From assembly GCA_043228905.1 (NCBI GenBank), contig JBHGNT010000010.1, forward strand, positions 10,974,001 through 11,038,000: 64,000 nucleotides of DNA, read 5' to 3'. The notes under the pieces were generated by a model. That model ran no database searches and had not been told where the DNA came from. It saw nothing but the letters and a program-made list of their open reading frames with translations. The DNA comes from Azolla caroliniana (lineage: Eukaryota > Plantae > Polypodiophyta). Made by a program: the position numbers and the translations under genes. Positions 48,087 through 60,188 of this stretch are shown in pieces (within the stretch, counting starts at the first letter, position 1; every line of letters starts with the position of its first letter).

Positions 48087-51000
48087 GAAGAGGTCGTTGC
48101 CTCTGTGTACTGCCGCCGCCTGTGGCGAAGACAGTGAGCTCAAGGTTGTTGCCTTGTAGCTTCACCATTGTACATCTCTGTCTATAGTGATAGTTGGAGT
48201 TTGAGGACTCCCGTGGTTTTTCCCCAGTTAGGGTTTTCCACGAAAAACATCCCGTGTACTCTTCTCTCTATTCTACTTCGTGCATTTTGTATTTCCTGTT
48301 TTCTGTGAATTTATCCTATTCCTCAGTGGTGGCTGAGCACTGTTTTGCAACAAAGTGGTATCAGAGCACAGTTAACACAGAAAATGGAAGGCGGCGGTAG
48401 TGGGCCTCCGGGCATGATGGTGCTGAACTCACAGAACTACGCCGACTGGAAGATAAAGATGGAAGACCTTCTCATCGTCCGAGACCTGTATGAACCGATC
48501 GACAATGCCGAGATACCCAAGGGGGTAATAGAGTCGGAGTGGAAGCTCCTGAACCGGAAAGCCGTAGCGACGATCCGGCAATATATCGATGTAAGCGTTC
48601 TACAACATGTGGCGAATGACACCAACGCATATGAGATGTGGAAGAAGCTGTCGGGCCTCTACGAGAGGAAGAATGCGTTGAACCGGACCTCCCTGATGAG
48701 GAAGATAGTGAACCTCAAGTACCGGGACGGCGAGAATATGGTTGAACACGTGAGCACGTTCATGGGATTCGTGAACCAGCTTGCGGCGATCAAGTTCCCG
48801 TTGGAGGATGCAATGCAAGCCATCATTCTGATGTGTACATTACCGGAAAGCTGGGAGAACTTGGTGGTGACTCTCAGCACCTCCTGCACGGAAGACAACT
48901 TGTCCCTACAAACGGTAAAGACAAGTATTCTGAACGAAGAAGCGCGTCGGAGAGATAAAGAACCGGCCTCCGACTCGAAGGCGCTGCTTACCGAATCGGA
49001 TCGGGGAAGACAATGGAACCGGAGTCCGCAAAGACGGGAGAAGTCGGGGACCCGGTCGCAGTCAAGAGGAAGGCCCACATGCTTCCACTGTGGGAAGCCG
49101 GGGCACTTCCGGAAGAATTGTCGGCATTACCGAAAGGACAACGGAGCCGACGACACCGATTCGAAGAAGTCACCGGAGAGAAACGGTGCATACCAGGGAG
49201 CCACGGACCGGAGATGTCCGGATCGGCGAGGGCAGGACCGGAAAGGAACGACGGCACTCGCGGCAAGTGAAGAAGAGATAATGCTCATTACCGAAGAGAA
49301 GGAGCTGAACCTTGCCGGTGTAGAGATGACCTGGGTGGTCGACTCCGGAGCGTCGTTCCACCTGACCCCGGAGAAGAAATACTTCTCATCCTACACAGCC
49401 GGTGAGCACGGCTGTGTCCGGATGGGAAATGAAGGTACATGCCGGATTGCCGGCATAGGAGACGTGTGGCTGATGACATCAACCGGATGCAAGATGCTGC
49501 TGAAGGATGTTCGACACGTTCCGGAGGTTCGATTGAACCTGATTTCGGCCGGGAGACTAGATGATGAAGGCTACACAGGTAGCATCCGGAACGGTGTCAT
49601 GAAGTTCAGCAAAGGGAGCCTGATAGTGGCTCGGGCCCGGAAGGTCAATACACTGTACCTGATGAATTCCCGGCTATGTCCGGAAGAGCTGAACGTGGCA
49701 GCCGACACTGCCGGTGAGCTGTGGCACAAGAGACTGTGCCACATGAGTGAGAAGGGGATGAAGAGGCTTGCCGATGACAACCTGATACCGGTAAAGCGCG
49801 TACACCTGGGGAAGTGTACCGACTGTCTGGCCGGTAAGCAAAACCGGACCTCCTTCCACTCAAGGCCACCAACGAGACGTAGCGCACCATTGGAGCTGGT
49901 GCACACTGACGTGTGTCAAGTAGAGACGAAGTCACATGGCGGAGCCCAGTACTTCGTGACATTCATTGATGACCACAACCGGAAGCTGTGGACGGCACCG
50001 TTGAAGACAAAGGACCAAGTGTTGTGCGTCTTCAAAGAACTTCACGCGAGAGTGGAAAGGGAATCCGGCAAGAAGCTGAAAGCGATATGAGCGGATAACG
50101 GAGGGGAATACCGGGGGCAGTTCCAGGAGTACTGTCGCTCGAAGGGAATCCGGCTCGAGTTTACTGTGCCGAAGACGCCGGAACTGAACGGGCTGGCCGA
50201 GAGGATGAACCGGACCATAATGGAGAGGGTCCGGAGTATGCTGGCGCATGCGAAATTACCCAAGGGATTTTGGGCTGAGGCAATGTCGACGGCGACGTAT
50301 GTGATAAATAGATCACCCTCAGTACCTTTGGACGGAGACACGCCGCAGAAAGTGTGGACCGGTAAGGAAGTGTCCTACCGGCATCTGAAGGTGTTCGGGT
50401 GTCTCGCATACATGCATGTGGCAAAGGACCGGAGAGGAAAGTTAGATCCAAAGACCCGGCCATGCATATTCCTCGGTTACGGCGACGACGAGTTCGGCTA
50501 CCGAGTATGGGACCCGGTCGACAAGAAGATATTCAGGAGTCGAGATATCATCTTCATGGAGGATAAGACACTCGCCGACTGGGAGTCGGAGAAGAAGATG
50601 AAGAGCTCCAAGTCGACCGGTGAGGATCAACTCTACAAGGAGCAGTCCCGACCGGCAAGGGACCGGTTAGCACTCGAGGATCCGGCCGAAGACGGTGAAG
50701 AAACAGAACCGGCCGAGGAAGATGAAACAGATACCAGAACCGGCCCCGATCCCGAAATGGATTCGGATGAAGAGGAAACGGAGGAGCCGGTTACCGAAGC
50801 TCCGGAACGGAGATATCCTCTAAGAGAGAGAAGGGCCCCCCGGAGATTTCCGGAACAAGAGCACGTGCTGCTAACCGACGAGGGGGAGCCGGAAAGTTTT
50901 GAAGAAGCAAAGCTTGACAACCATAGCCGCAGGTGGTTAAGTGCCATGCAGGAGGAGATGGATTCCCTGCATGAGAACCACACATATGAACTTGTGGAGT

Positions 51001-52883
51001 TGCCGAAAGGTAAGCGGGCACTTCGAAACAAGTGGGTGTTCAAGCTGAAACCGGGAGATGCCGGAAACCCCACGAGATACAAAGCCAGGATCGTAGTGAA
51101 GGGGTTCCAGCAGAAGAAGGGCGTCGACTTCGACGAGATATTTGCCCCGGTAGTGAAGATGACCTCCATCCGGACGGTGCTGAGCGTAGCGGCAAGCATG
51201 GACCTCGAGGTAGAACAGATGGACGTGAAGACGGCATTCCTTCACGGTGACCTCGAAGAAGAAATCTACATGCAGCAACCGGAAGGATTCGAGAAGAAAG
51301 GGAAGGAGCAACTGGTATGCCGGTTGAAGAAGAGCCTTTACGGACTGAAGCAGGCTCCCCGGCAATGGTACCGGAAGTTCGACTCCTTCATGACCGACGA
51401 AGGGTACCACAAAACGCAGTCCGATCACTGCGTGTTTGTGAAGAAGTTCGAAGGAGGAGACTCTCTAATACTCCTCCTGTACGTGGACGACATGTTGATC
51501 GTCGGACGGGACCAGGGCAAGATACGGATGCTGAAGAAAGCACTTCACCGAACCTTCTCAATGAAGGACCTGGGTCCGGCGAGGCAAATACTAGGGATGC
51601 ACATCATCCGAGACCGGAAGCAGAAGCAGTTGTGGCTGTCACAGGAGAAGTACGTAACAAAGGTGCTTCACCGGTTCAACATGTCGGAAGCAAGACCGGT
51701 CGGATCAACCCTCCCGGCAAACTGCAAGCTGTCCAGCAAGCAAAGCCCCAAGACAAAGGCTGAGAAAGAGGACATGATGAAAGTACCATATGCCTCTGCC
51801 GTCGGAAGCTTGATGTACGCAATGGTGTGTACAAGACCGGACATAGGATATGCAGTTGGAGTGGTGAGCCGGTACATGAGCAATCCCGGCAAAGAGCACT
51901 GGAACGCGGTCAAGTGGATACTCCGATACCTGAAGGGCACGGCAAACGTGTGCCTCCGATTCGGCTCCAGTAAGGCCGAACTCGACGGCTTTACCGATTC
52001 GGATATGTCGGCTGATGCAGATACCAGCCGGTCCACATCAGGGTATGTGATGACGTATGCAGGGGGAGCTGTTTCGTGGCAGTCGAGGCTGCAGAAGACG
52101 GTTGCGTTGTCAACCACGGAGGCGGAGTACATGGCGGCTGTTGAAGCCGGCAAGGAAATAATATGGATGAAGGACTTCATTAGAGAGCTCGGTATCCGGC
52201 AAGAGGAGTACCGACTCTACTGCGACAGTCAGAGCGCCATCCACCTTGCGAAGAACGCGGCCTATCACTCCCGGACGAAGCACATCCAGCGAAGATATCA
52301 CTGGATCCGGGAAAGGATAGAAGACCAGGAGTTCGTGCTGACGAAGATCCACACGGACGAGAACGGCTCAGATATGCTGACCAAAGTGCTCACACCCGAC
52401 AAGTTGGAAGCATGCCGGAAGAGGATTGGATTGGAGAGACATCCCATGCCGAAGTGAAGGGGGAGTTTGTTGGGATTTCGGTCCCTCCGGATGGGATGTC
52501 CCCGGAGATAAATGACGGCAAGCCCGGTTGCGGTTACGGATGTCCCCGGAGATAAATGACGGCAAGCCCGGTTGCGGTTACGGAACCGGATGATGAAGAG
52601 TACCCGGCATGAAGCCGGATGAAGAGTACCTGGATACGGATCCGGATGATGAAGACCCCGGCTACGGAGCTGGATGCTGAAGACCCCGGCTACGGAGCCG
52701 GATGACGAATGTACCCGGAGAGAGATCCGGATGCGGGGACATGTTTGTGAATATGTTTGCCAAGAGCCCTTTGAGGCTATATTTGTAAATAGCCCGAAAG
52801 TCATATGTGTATGAATATGACTTAGGGCAAACAGTTTAGTTGTTGTTGCTCATTTTTTGAGAGAAAAAAAAAAAGGCGAGTAG

Positions 52884-52918
<35 letters not shown>

Positions 52919-53184
52919 GAAGAGGTCGTTGCCTCTGTGTACTGCCGCCGCCTGTGGCGAAGACAGTGAGCTCAAGGTTGTTGCCTTGTAGCTTCACCAT
53001 TGTACATCTCTGTCTATAGTGATAGTTGGAGTTTGAGGACTCCCGTGGTTTTTCCCCAGTTAGGGTTTTCCACGAAAAACATCCCGTGTACTCTTCTCTC
53101 TATTCTACTTCGTGCATTTTGTATTTCCTGTTTTCTGTGAATTTATCCTATTCCTCGGTGGTGGCTGAGCACTGTTTTGCAACA
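47682..53184 (+). mobile_element. Copia element K, full-length and young (LTRs 47682-48352 and 52468-53184)
   Basis: TSD GATTT, PBS TGGTATCAGAGC at 48356, PPT GAAGGGGGAG. LTRs near identical apart from a 44-bp duplication and (GA)n length. Confidence 0.97.
48384..52457 (+). pseudogene. Gag-pol polyprotein of K with a single nonsense mutation (CGA>TGA at 50088-50090)
   Basis: D has ATA CGA GCG GAT AAC at the same site. Both flanking ORFs are in the same frame and all copia domains are present. Confidence 0.93.
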
Positions 53185-53934
53185 GATTTTACCTGTTTGC
53201 TCGGCACGTGCGGTGGCCACTTTTTATTCGTCGAGGACTGCTAGAGTCTGGTTGTGCGCGATCATGAACGCGTCAAGCTTGTCTTGGAGGGACTTCACAC
53301 TTTTCCGGGCCGTGGCAAGAACACCTTTTTCTCGATCCGAGGCCTGCCAAAGTTCGCAGCAGAGCCGCTCGATCTCTGTTTCCACATTCACTGCCATTTT
53401 CTTAGCTTAGGCCCCTATTGCTTGCTGGGCCTCTACCTCCTCTCGTAATGCTCGGCTTTCATCCGTGGAGGCGCCTTCTGTGGGGGGCCTTGGATTTGGC
53501 ATCTTGTAGTTGTAGGTTTAATTCGGCTAGACTGTCCTGCAACTCTTGTAACTGCCACTTGTTCTCGTTCTCAGTTCGGCTCGCATGCTTATTCTTATAT
53601 GCTATGTCCTTTGCTTTGAGTCGCACTTGCGCCAATTCCTGGTGAACTTTGACCAAGGCCATGTTTAGTGCAGGCAACTCGATTTCCATGTGGCCTCTGA
53701 CCGCATACCATTTCCGACCGATCTTGCTTAAGGCATTTTCCTCCTTAGGCTCTATTAATCCAGAAATAGCGCGCAATATCATTTGTCACTCTGCGTGTTC
53801 TTCGGCCAGGTCCCTAGCCGTTGAGACTTGTTGCATTGCGAGGAACTCGACCAGTTTGAATGTCGTACCGAACTGTAAGATGGCTTTGACTTCGTGTGTG
53901 ATTGTCAGGATCTCACGATAAGTGAGGGCCCGTC

Positions 53935-54945
53935 GTGACCTCGTCCTCATCCTCCGTCTAAACTTGAGAAGAACATTTTTCCTTCTGACGTCTTCGTTTT
54001 GGTTCGGAGGTGGTTCTCTTCGACCAATAACATTGATTGGAGGTCGAAGAATGAAGGAGGGTTTTCTCTCGCCAAGATTGCTGTCCGTAATGGATCGAAT
54101 CGTTGTGTGAGGCCGCCCAAGCATACTTGAACCATCTCTTCTTCATCGACATTTATGTTGATGGAGCCAAGCGAGTCGCAAATGCTCTTAATTTTGGCAG
54201 TGTAGTCCGACATGGACATATCTTTCTACCAAATGTTGTTCAACTCTTGTTAGTGTTGAAGCTTTCGGGCGGTTGTGTTGATAGCGAACATTTTCTTTAA
54301 GTTCTCCCACGCCTCTTTGGGCGTCTCAGCGTCTCGAATGTGGCTAAGCGTCTTCCGTTTTGCTTTTCTTCCTTCGATCACGTACTCGTACTACGTAGCG
54401 GGACTACGGTAGCAGATAGCCAGAATTTGTCGTCGGTGTTTCGAACACACAATTATGAAGAGGTGGATGGGCTTAGTGGATGTGCTAAACCACACGCTTT
54501 GATACCATGTTAATAATTAGGTAATTAATTAAGCAAGGGTTAATTAGTACCTAATTATGTGATTAGTTGATAAGCAGAAGATTATGTGATATGTGTGTGT
54601 ATGTGTGTGAGAGGAAGAGAGAGAGAGAGAGAGATGAAGTTAACACTTATGAACAACACGAGATGGGGGATGATTAACTCTATATTAAATTAGCATTATT
54701 ATCATCAAATACAAAAATACTCACAATGAGGTATATATACATCATGTGTGAGTAGAATATAGGTACTAATGTGTAAGTCCTATATTAAATGTACGTAGGA
54801 GTGGAGGATCCAGAATATCCCACTTAAGTACAAGGTCCTATTTAAGGCGTTACAGTCAACACTTCTAACTAGATTCTATCTAGGTAACTATGAAGTTACA
54901 TGGTTGACTAACTAACTAAACTAAGTTGAGCTTGATCTCTCAACA
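53935..54945 (-). mobile_element. Copia element L fragment (5' LTR 54508-54945, PBS 54496-54507, partial gag); same family as A
   Basis: LTR, leader and PBS variant TGGTATCAAAGC match A. Gag ORF 53947-54219. Confidence 0.85.
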
Positions 54946-55365
54946 AAATCCAAAGAGGAAGGATAAGTTTGATGCGGTGAAGTCATATGGAAATTCCCTA
55001 TATGTTAAAGGCAATGCAAGAGGTATGGGAGTTGCTATGCACCACCACAATGTGGTTTATTTTGACTGCTAGACGTTCTAAGGTGTTTGATAATACTAAT
55101 GTTCATCCAGTGGAAAGTGTACGGAACGTCTAGATGCAGATGGCGCATACCTTGAAAGGGCGGTATCATGAAATTAAAGGTGAGACAAATGATGTAGTGT
55201 TGCAACGCCTCGAATATTTCACCTATAGGAAGAAGGGCCCTTTTCTCGCACTACAAAATGCAAGACCCATTTGGTGCTTAGCACCACCAGTATGATTGTT
55301 CCCACCACCAATTACATAACTAGGTTATTGAGTGGTGGAGTGTTGATACAGTCTATACTTTAGGG
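54946..55365 (+). mobile_element. Possible LINE ORF2 C-terminal remnant
   Basis: LCTTTMWFILTARRSKVFDN resembles the W.IW..RN..VF motif at the end of plant L1 ORF2. Degenerate. Confidence 0.4.
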
Positions 55366-56122
55366 ATGGGGACCCATGGAAGAGTGCAACATACCAAGGA
55401 AAGCTTGACAGTAGGAGCACATACAAATGACATTGCACTCAACTGTCGAAGAAATCCACATTGCACCAATTCATCTTCACATAAACGTAAAACTTATCGC
55501 ACAACATTCAAGAATACAAACTCTTACATTCCACAACACATTTTCTCACGCACACAATATGTGTTATCAAGGGTATCTACATGAATCACAATAGAAGCTC
55601 GATTTAAAGAAGACCTAAGGAGGGCCATCATCCATAGCTTAGGACCCTAGTGGTCTCGCTCATCATTCACACTCACGTGCATATTTTCTTGAAAAAGACT
55701 AAAAAAAAATCTATCTACCTCTTCACATGAGGCTTGGTGCAAGCTTTATGTGTCGAAGAATAATTTTTGTAGACGTCTTTCAACAATATGAGGGAACCAA
55801 ATAGTAATTAGACGTTGGAGTCTTGACGGTCCGAAGATTTACAATATGTCGACTTAAGTGAGAAAGAGCTGAAAAAAGTTAGGGGGGGGCATCAGATCCT
55901 TCAATGCACAAATCTATGCATTGGCATTCACATGCCATTGACATGAGTAATAATAATAATAATAGAAGATACTCAAATGTCTAAGAGGACGTGTCTCCCG
56001 ATACGGCCTCACGCGCGCGCACGCACACATACACACACACAGAGGATGAGACAAGTGATGGAGAGATAGAAGGAATGATATATTAAAGTCTTTTAAGAGG
56101 CCAAATTAAAATACAAACATAT

Positions 56123-57293
56123 TGTGAAATGCACATAAGAGATCAAAACCAGTCTACTTAGCTTGTTACTTCTTAATCAATTTATAGTTGATACAACGAA
56201 ACCCATTTGGGTTGGCCTGGCTAAAAAGGGCGTGCTAAAAGGGTGGGTCATTTTGGGCACATGCATCCTAAAAAGGGTGTGCTAAAAGGGTGGGTCAACT
56301 TGGGTACGTGCATCTAAAAAGGGTGAGCTAAAAGGGTGGCACAAATGAACACATGCACACCACATTTCCCCCTTGCGAGAAACAAGAGATTGAGGGGGGG
56401 CATGAGTGACCATGTGTGGTCCTTGCCAGGAACTGGAACGGTCCTCGCTGAGAGTTGGAACACGAACACCAACGAGCGTGAGCAACCATGTTGTCCTCAC
56501 CGAGAATTGGAACACGAATGAGTGAGTGACCATGTGGCCCTCACCGGGAATTGGAACATGAACAACAACGGGCATGAGCGACCATGTCGGTCCTCACCGG
56601 GATCTGGAACACGAACAATAGTTGGAGTGAGCGGCCATGTGCAGTCCTCACCGGAGACTGGAACACAAACGGGAGTGAGCGACCATGCGGCCCTCACTGG
56701 GAACAAGAACACGAACGGGAGTGAGCGGCCATGTGCGGCCCTCATCGAGAACGCGAACACGAACGGGCGTGAGCGATCATGCGGCCCTCACCAGGAACTA
56801 GAACACGAACACCAACGGGAGTGAGCAGCCATGTGTGGCCCTCATCGGGAACTAGAACACGAACACGAACACGAACACGAAAGAAACTAAAAAATAGAGA
56901 CAATGAACCGATGTTGATGATGAAGCGGTGGATATCGGGAGGCCTAACTAGTGAACTAAGGCGGTGCTAATAAAAGAGATACTACTACAAGAGACTAACA
57001 AGAATGTCGGTGATGGTGGTGAGGGCGATGCTACCTACGAAGCGGAAGAGGCGGATGCTTGGATGTGGGGGACTGGTACCCCGTCATCTCCACCAATATG
57101 TGAAATGCACATAAGAGATCAAAACCAGTCTACTTAGCTTGTTACTTCTTAATCAATTTATAGTTGATACAACGAAACCCATTTGGGTTGGCATGGCTAA
57201 AAAGGGTGTGCTAAAAGGGTGGGTCAACTTGGGTACGTGCATCTAAAAAGGGTGAGCTAAAAGGGTGGCACAAATGAACACATGCACACCACA
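56123..57293 (-). mobile_element. Non-autonomous LTR element (TRIM-like) copy 1; LTRs 56123-56364 and 57099-57293
   Basis: TGTG...CACA direct repeats, tRNA-Ala-type PBS, PPT AAGGGGGAAA, 4-bp TSD ATAT. Interior holds about eight ~60-bp tandem units and no retroelement protein motifs. Confidence 0.9.
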
Positions 57294-57299
57294 ATATGT

Positions 57300-57303
57300 A
57301 CAA

Positions 57304-57346
<43 letters not shown>

Positions 57347-57523
57347 TACATACATACATATACATAGAAATGTACATACATACATACATACATACATACA
57401 TTCTTTGTGTTTTTTCCCTTCCTTTGGGCCCCCACCCCCGGCACACTGTTTTCCTCTCTTCTTCTTCTTCTTCTTCTTCTTCTTCTTCTTCGTCATCATC
57501 ATCTCTCTGTCAAACCAGACAGA

Positions 57524-57556
<33 letters not shown>

Positions 57557-57675
57557 GGGGACAGAAAAGAAGTTATTTTTGCTTTCTTTCTCCTTTTGGG
57601 CGATCCTGAAAAAGGATCGTTCATCTCTCTTCTCCCCCTCCCTCCCTCTCTCCCTCTCCCTCTCCCTCTCTCTCT
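57300..57675. repeat. Microsatellite-rich promoter/5' leader of the sterol desaturase gene
   Basis: (TACACA)n, (TACA)n, (CTT)n, (CA)n(GA)n, (CTCTCC)n. Confidence 0.9.
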
Positions 57676-57705
57676 GCAGAGAGCCCTGATTTATATGTAA
57701 CACAC

Positions 57706-59784
57706 ATGGCTTCTATTCCCCTTTCAATCGTCTTCTGTTTGCTTCTCTCCCACTTAGGCACCGCCGCCGCCTCTTCTTCTTCATCGGCAGCTGCAGAGGA
57801 ACAGAAGAAGGAAGATAATTCGACCAATCTGTTGACGTCTGCATCAGAGTCTTGGTTATTCTCGGCATCTTCTTATAAAAGTCTATCTAATTTCTCAGAA
57901 GAAACACAGTGGTATAATGATATCGTCCTCGGACCCCTCGTTCCTCATCGCCTGAGATCAAAGATCCCTCACACAGCCCAAACATGGCTACGGAACTACA
58001 TTGCTGGAATTCTCCTCTATTTTGCCTCAGGCGGTCTCTGGAGCCTCTACATCTATCACTGGAAAAGGGATGTCTTCTTCCCTCAAGGTAAAAACAAACA
58101 AACACAAAATAAAAATAAACCTTTGATGATGGTGATTATGATGATGGTAGTTATACCATAGATGGGAAAATGGCACTCCATATGCATATGTGGGTATATA
58201 TGCCTATAAAATTATGATCTATATGCCTATGTGGTCTGGTGTTTTCATATGCATAACAATCATCATCAGCCTCTGGTATCGACAGCATCATGTTATAGAT
58301 GGGTGAACATGGAATTCAATATGCATGTTTTATACACCATAATATAATGATGACGATGCCAGAGGCTGATGATTGTTGTTATGCCTATGAATAAATGACC
58401 AGACCACATAAGCATATCGATCATATATATATATATATACATATAAACCTTTCATATCACCGTCAACATCATGTCATTGATCGGAACATGGGATTCCATG
58501 TGCATATATGGGCTATATACATATGTGGTCCTCAATGTTCCATCTTCATGATGATGATGATTATATAGACATGTCATTGATACAAACACAGGCTATCCAT
58601 GTCAATGCTATGTGGAGTATGATGATCAATCAGCTAACCAATCAATCTCGTAAATATGATATGCTAAAATTGTTGTTTTTTGTTTGTGCTTGTGGATATT
58701 TTATTAGGTAAGAATATACCATCTAGAGAAGCCATCTTGTTACAAATATGGGTATGTATGAAAGCCATGCCTATGTACGTCTCCTTGCCCACTCTCTCGG
58801 AGTACATGATCGAGAATGGTTGGACAAGGTGCTATTCAAGCATACGTGAAGTTGGTGTGGGCCGCTACGTTGTCCTCACTTTTGTGTATCTTGTGCTTGT
58901 CGAGTTTGGGATCTATTGGATGCACAGGACCCTACATGATTGTAAACCTCTGTACAAATGGCTACATGCGACTCATCACATATACAATAAAGAGAATACG
59001 CTCTCTCCATTTGCAGGTATTCTTATGCGAAAATCCTCACCCTTTCATTCCTGGGATGAAAAGACCCGCACATTCAAGAGTTTGCCTAAATCTTGTTTTC
59101 GTTTAATATTGCGTTTCTTTCAAACAGAAAAACTCGGAGATGATGTGATTATCTTAGTGGGGATAGCTTCAAGGGGAAAAAAACCCTAAAATACTCCCTG
59201 ACCTTGTTATGCATTCACAACATTGCCCCTACATGTTTATTAAAATTTGAAAAACTTAGGGTGTAACTAGGGATCTGTAGTAAGTTTTGAAAACCAGGGT
59301 TATTTCTGATGTTTTGTCCTACATTCGGTTGAAGTTTGTGTTATTGAGGGAGCTCTAATGTTTTCTGTTTCAAAATGAACCCTCTTGAAATGTGTAAATA
59401 AATTCGATGTTTTCTCGTTAATATTTGTGCAAAAGTTTCTTCGCTTTGATGGTGAGAGATGATATATTCTTTCATGGCCTCTCTGCAGGATTGGCGTTTC
59501 ATCCGATTGATGGGATATTGCAAGCATGTCCACATGTGATATTCATCTTTCTGGTGCCAACCCACTTCTTCACACATGAGCTTTCACTGTTTGTGGAGGC
59601 GATATGGACAACAAATATCCACGATTGTCTCCATGGCAACGTGTGGCCAATAATGGGTGCGGGTTATCATACCATACATCATACCACATATCGACATAAC
59701 TATGGTCACTATACAATTTGGATGGATTGGATGTTCGGTACCTTGCGAGATCCTTCTCAACCTGAGAAATATAAATCTTCATAG
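57706..59784 (+). CDS. STE1: Delta7-sterol C5(6)-desaturase, 328 aa; exons 57706-58087, 58708-59016, 59489-59784
   Basis: Three His boxes (HRTLH, HATHH, HTIHH), [20 protein letters not shown] and [14 protein letters not shown], as in plant STE1/DWF7. Two GT-AG phase-1 introns join to 987 nt in frame. Confidence 0.96.
58213..58425. repeat. Long imperfect inverted repeat in STE1 intron 1
   Basis: TATGATCTATATGCCTATGTGGTCTGGT pairs with ACCAGACCACATAAGCATATCGATCATA. ATCATCAGCCTCTGGTATCG pairs with CGATGCCAGAGGCTGATGAT. Confidence 0.88.
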
Positions 59785-59977
59785 GTCTCAAAGACTGGAT
59801 ATGTTGTGACGCAATTTTATTAGATTGTCAGGATACGCATGTGCTTCATTTTCAACTTTTCCATACTGAAATTTATTATACTAGTCTTTTGAGGTGTTAA
59901 CAAGGGGTTTCATCATCCCTTGATGATATGTCATTGGTGTATTTCTATAAGTCGACTTGGTTTTATCTTAAAATGTT

Positions 59978-60188
59978 TTGATTGCTACTGCCAAATTTTG
60001 GTTTTTTATTACTTCTTGCTGTCCATTTTCTTTTAAATATGGGAGCACATTGTGAAGATTTGATCGATTGTGAAATACTAAAGTTGATTGCTACTGTCAA
60101 AATTTTGGTATTTTATTACTTCTTGATTTCCATTTTCTTTTAAGTATGGGAGCACATTGTGAAGATTTGATCGACTGTGAAATACTAA
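59978..60188. repeat. ~107-bp tandem duplication downstream of the STE1 stop codon
   Basis: TTGATTGCTACTG...GGGAGCACATTGTGAAGATTTGATCGA...AATACTAA occurs twice. Confidence 0.9.

Larger units (their letters stand above)
46640..53935 (-). pseudogene. Decayed coiled-coil-like ORF of unknown origin, split by K (53190-53935 and ~46640-47681)
   Basis: ALTYREILTITHEVKAILQFG...LVKVHQELAQVRLK...LQELQDSLAELNLQLQD...IERLCCELWQ...LQDKLD, with sparse stops. TSD GATTT links the two halves. Confidence 0.45.

Noticed and set aside
50088-50090. Programmed stop read-through in K
   Set aside because: The TGA lies within the integrase core and sister element D has CGA, so this is a simple CpG transition.
3504-54945. 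A and L as the two ends of one 51-kb element
   Set aside because: Both are 5' LTRs with their own PBS and gag, in opposite orientation, with no shared TSD.
56400-56880. CRISPR-like regular repeats
   Set aside because: Units are contiguous degenerate tandem repeats without unique spacers, inside an LTR element in eukaryotic DNA, with no cas genes.
56123-57293. Cassandra TRIM
   Set aside because: No 5S rRNA-like block is visible in the LTR, and the PBS is tRNA-Ala type.
57211-57703. ORFs such as HTHTHT or VCVCVC (also 1219-1690)
   Set aside because: Translations of microsatellites.
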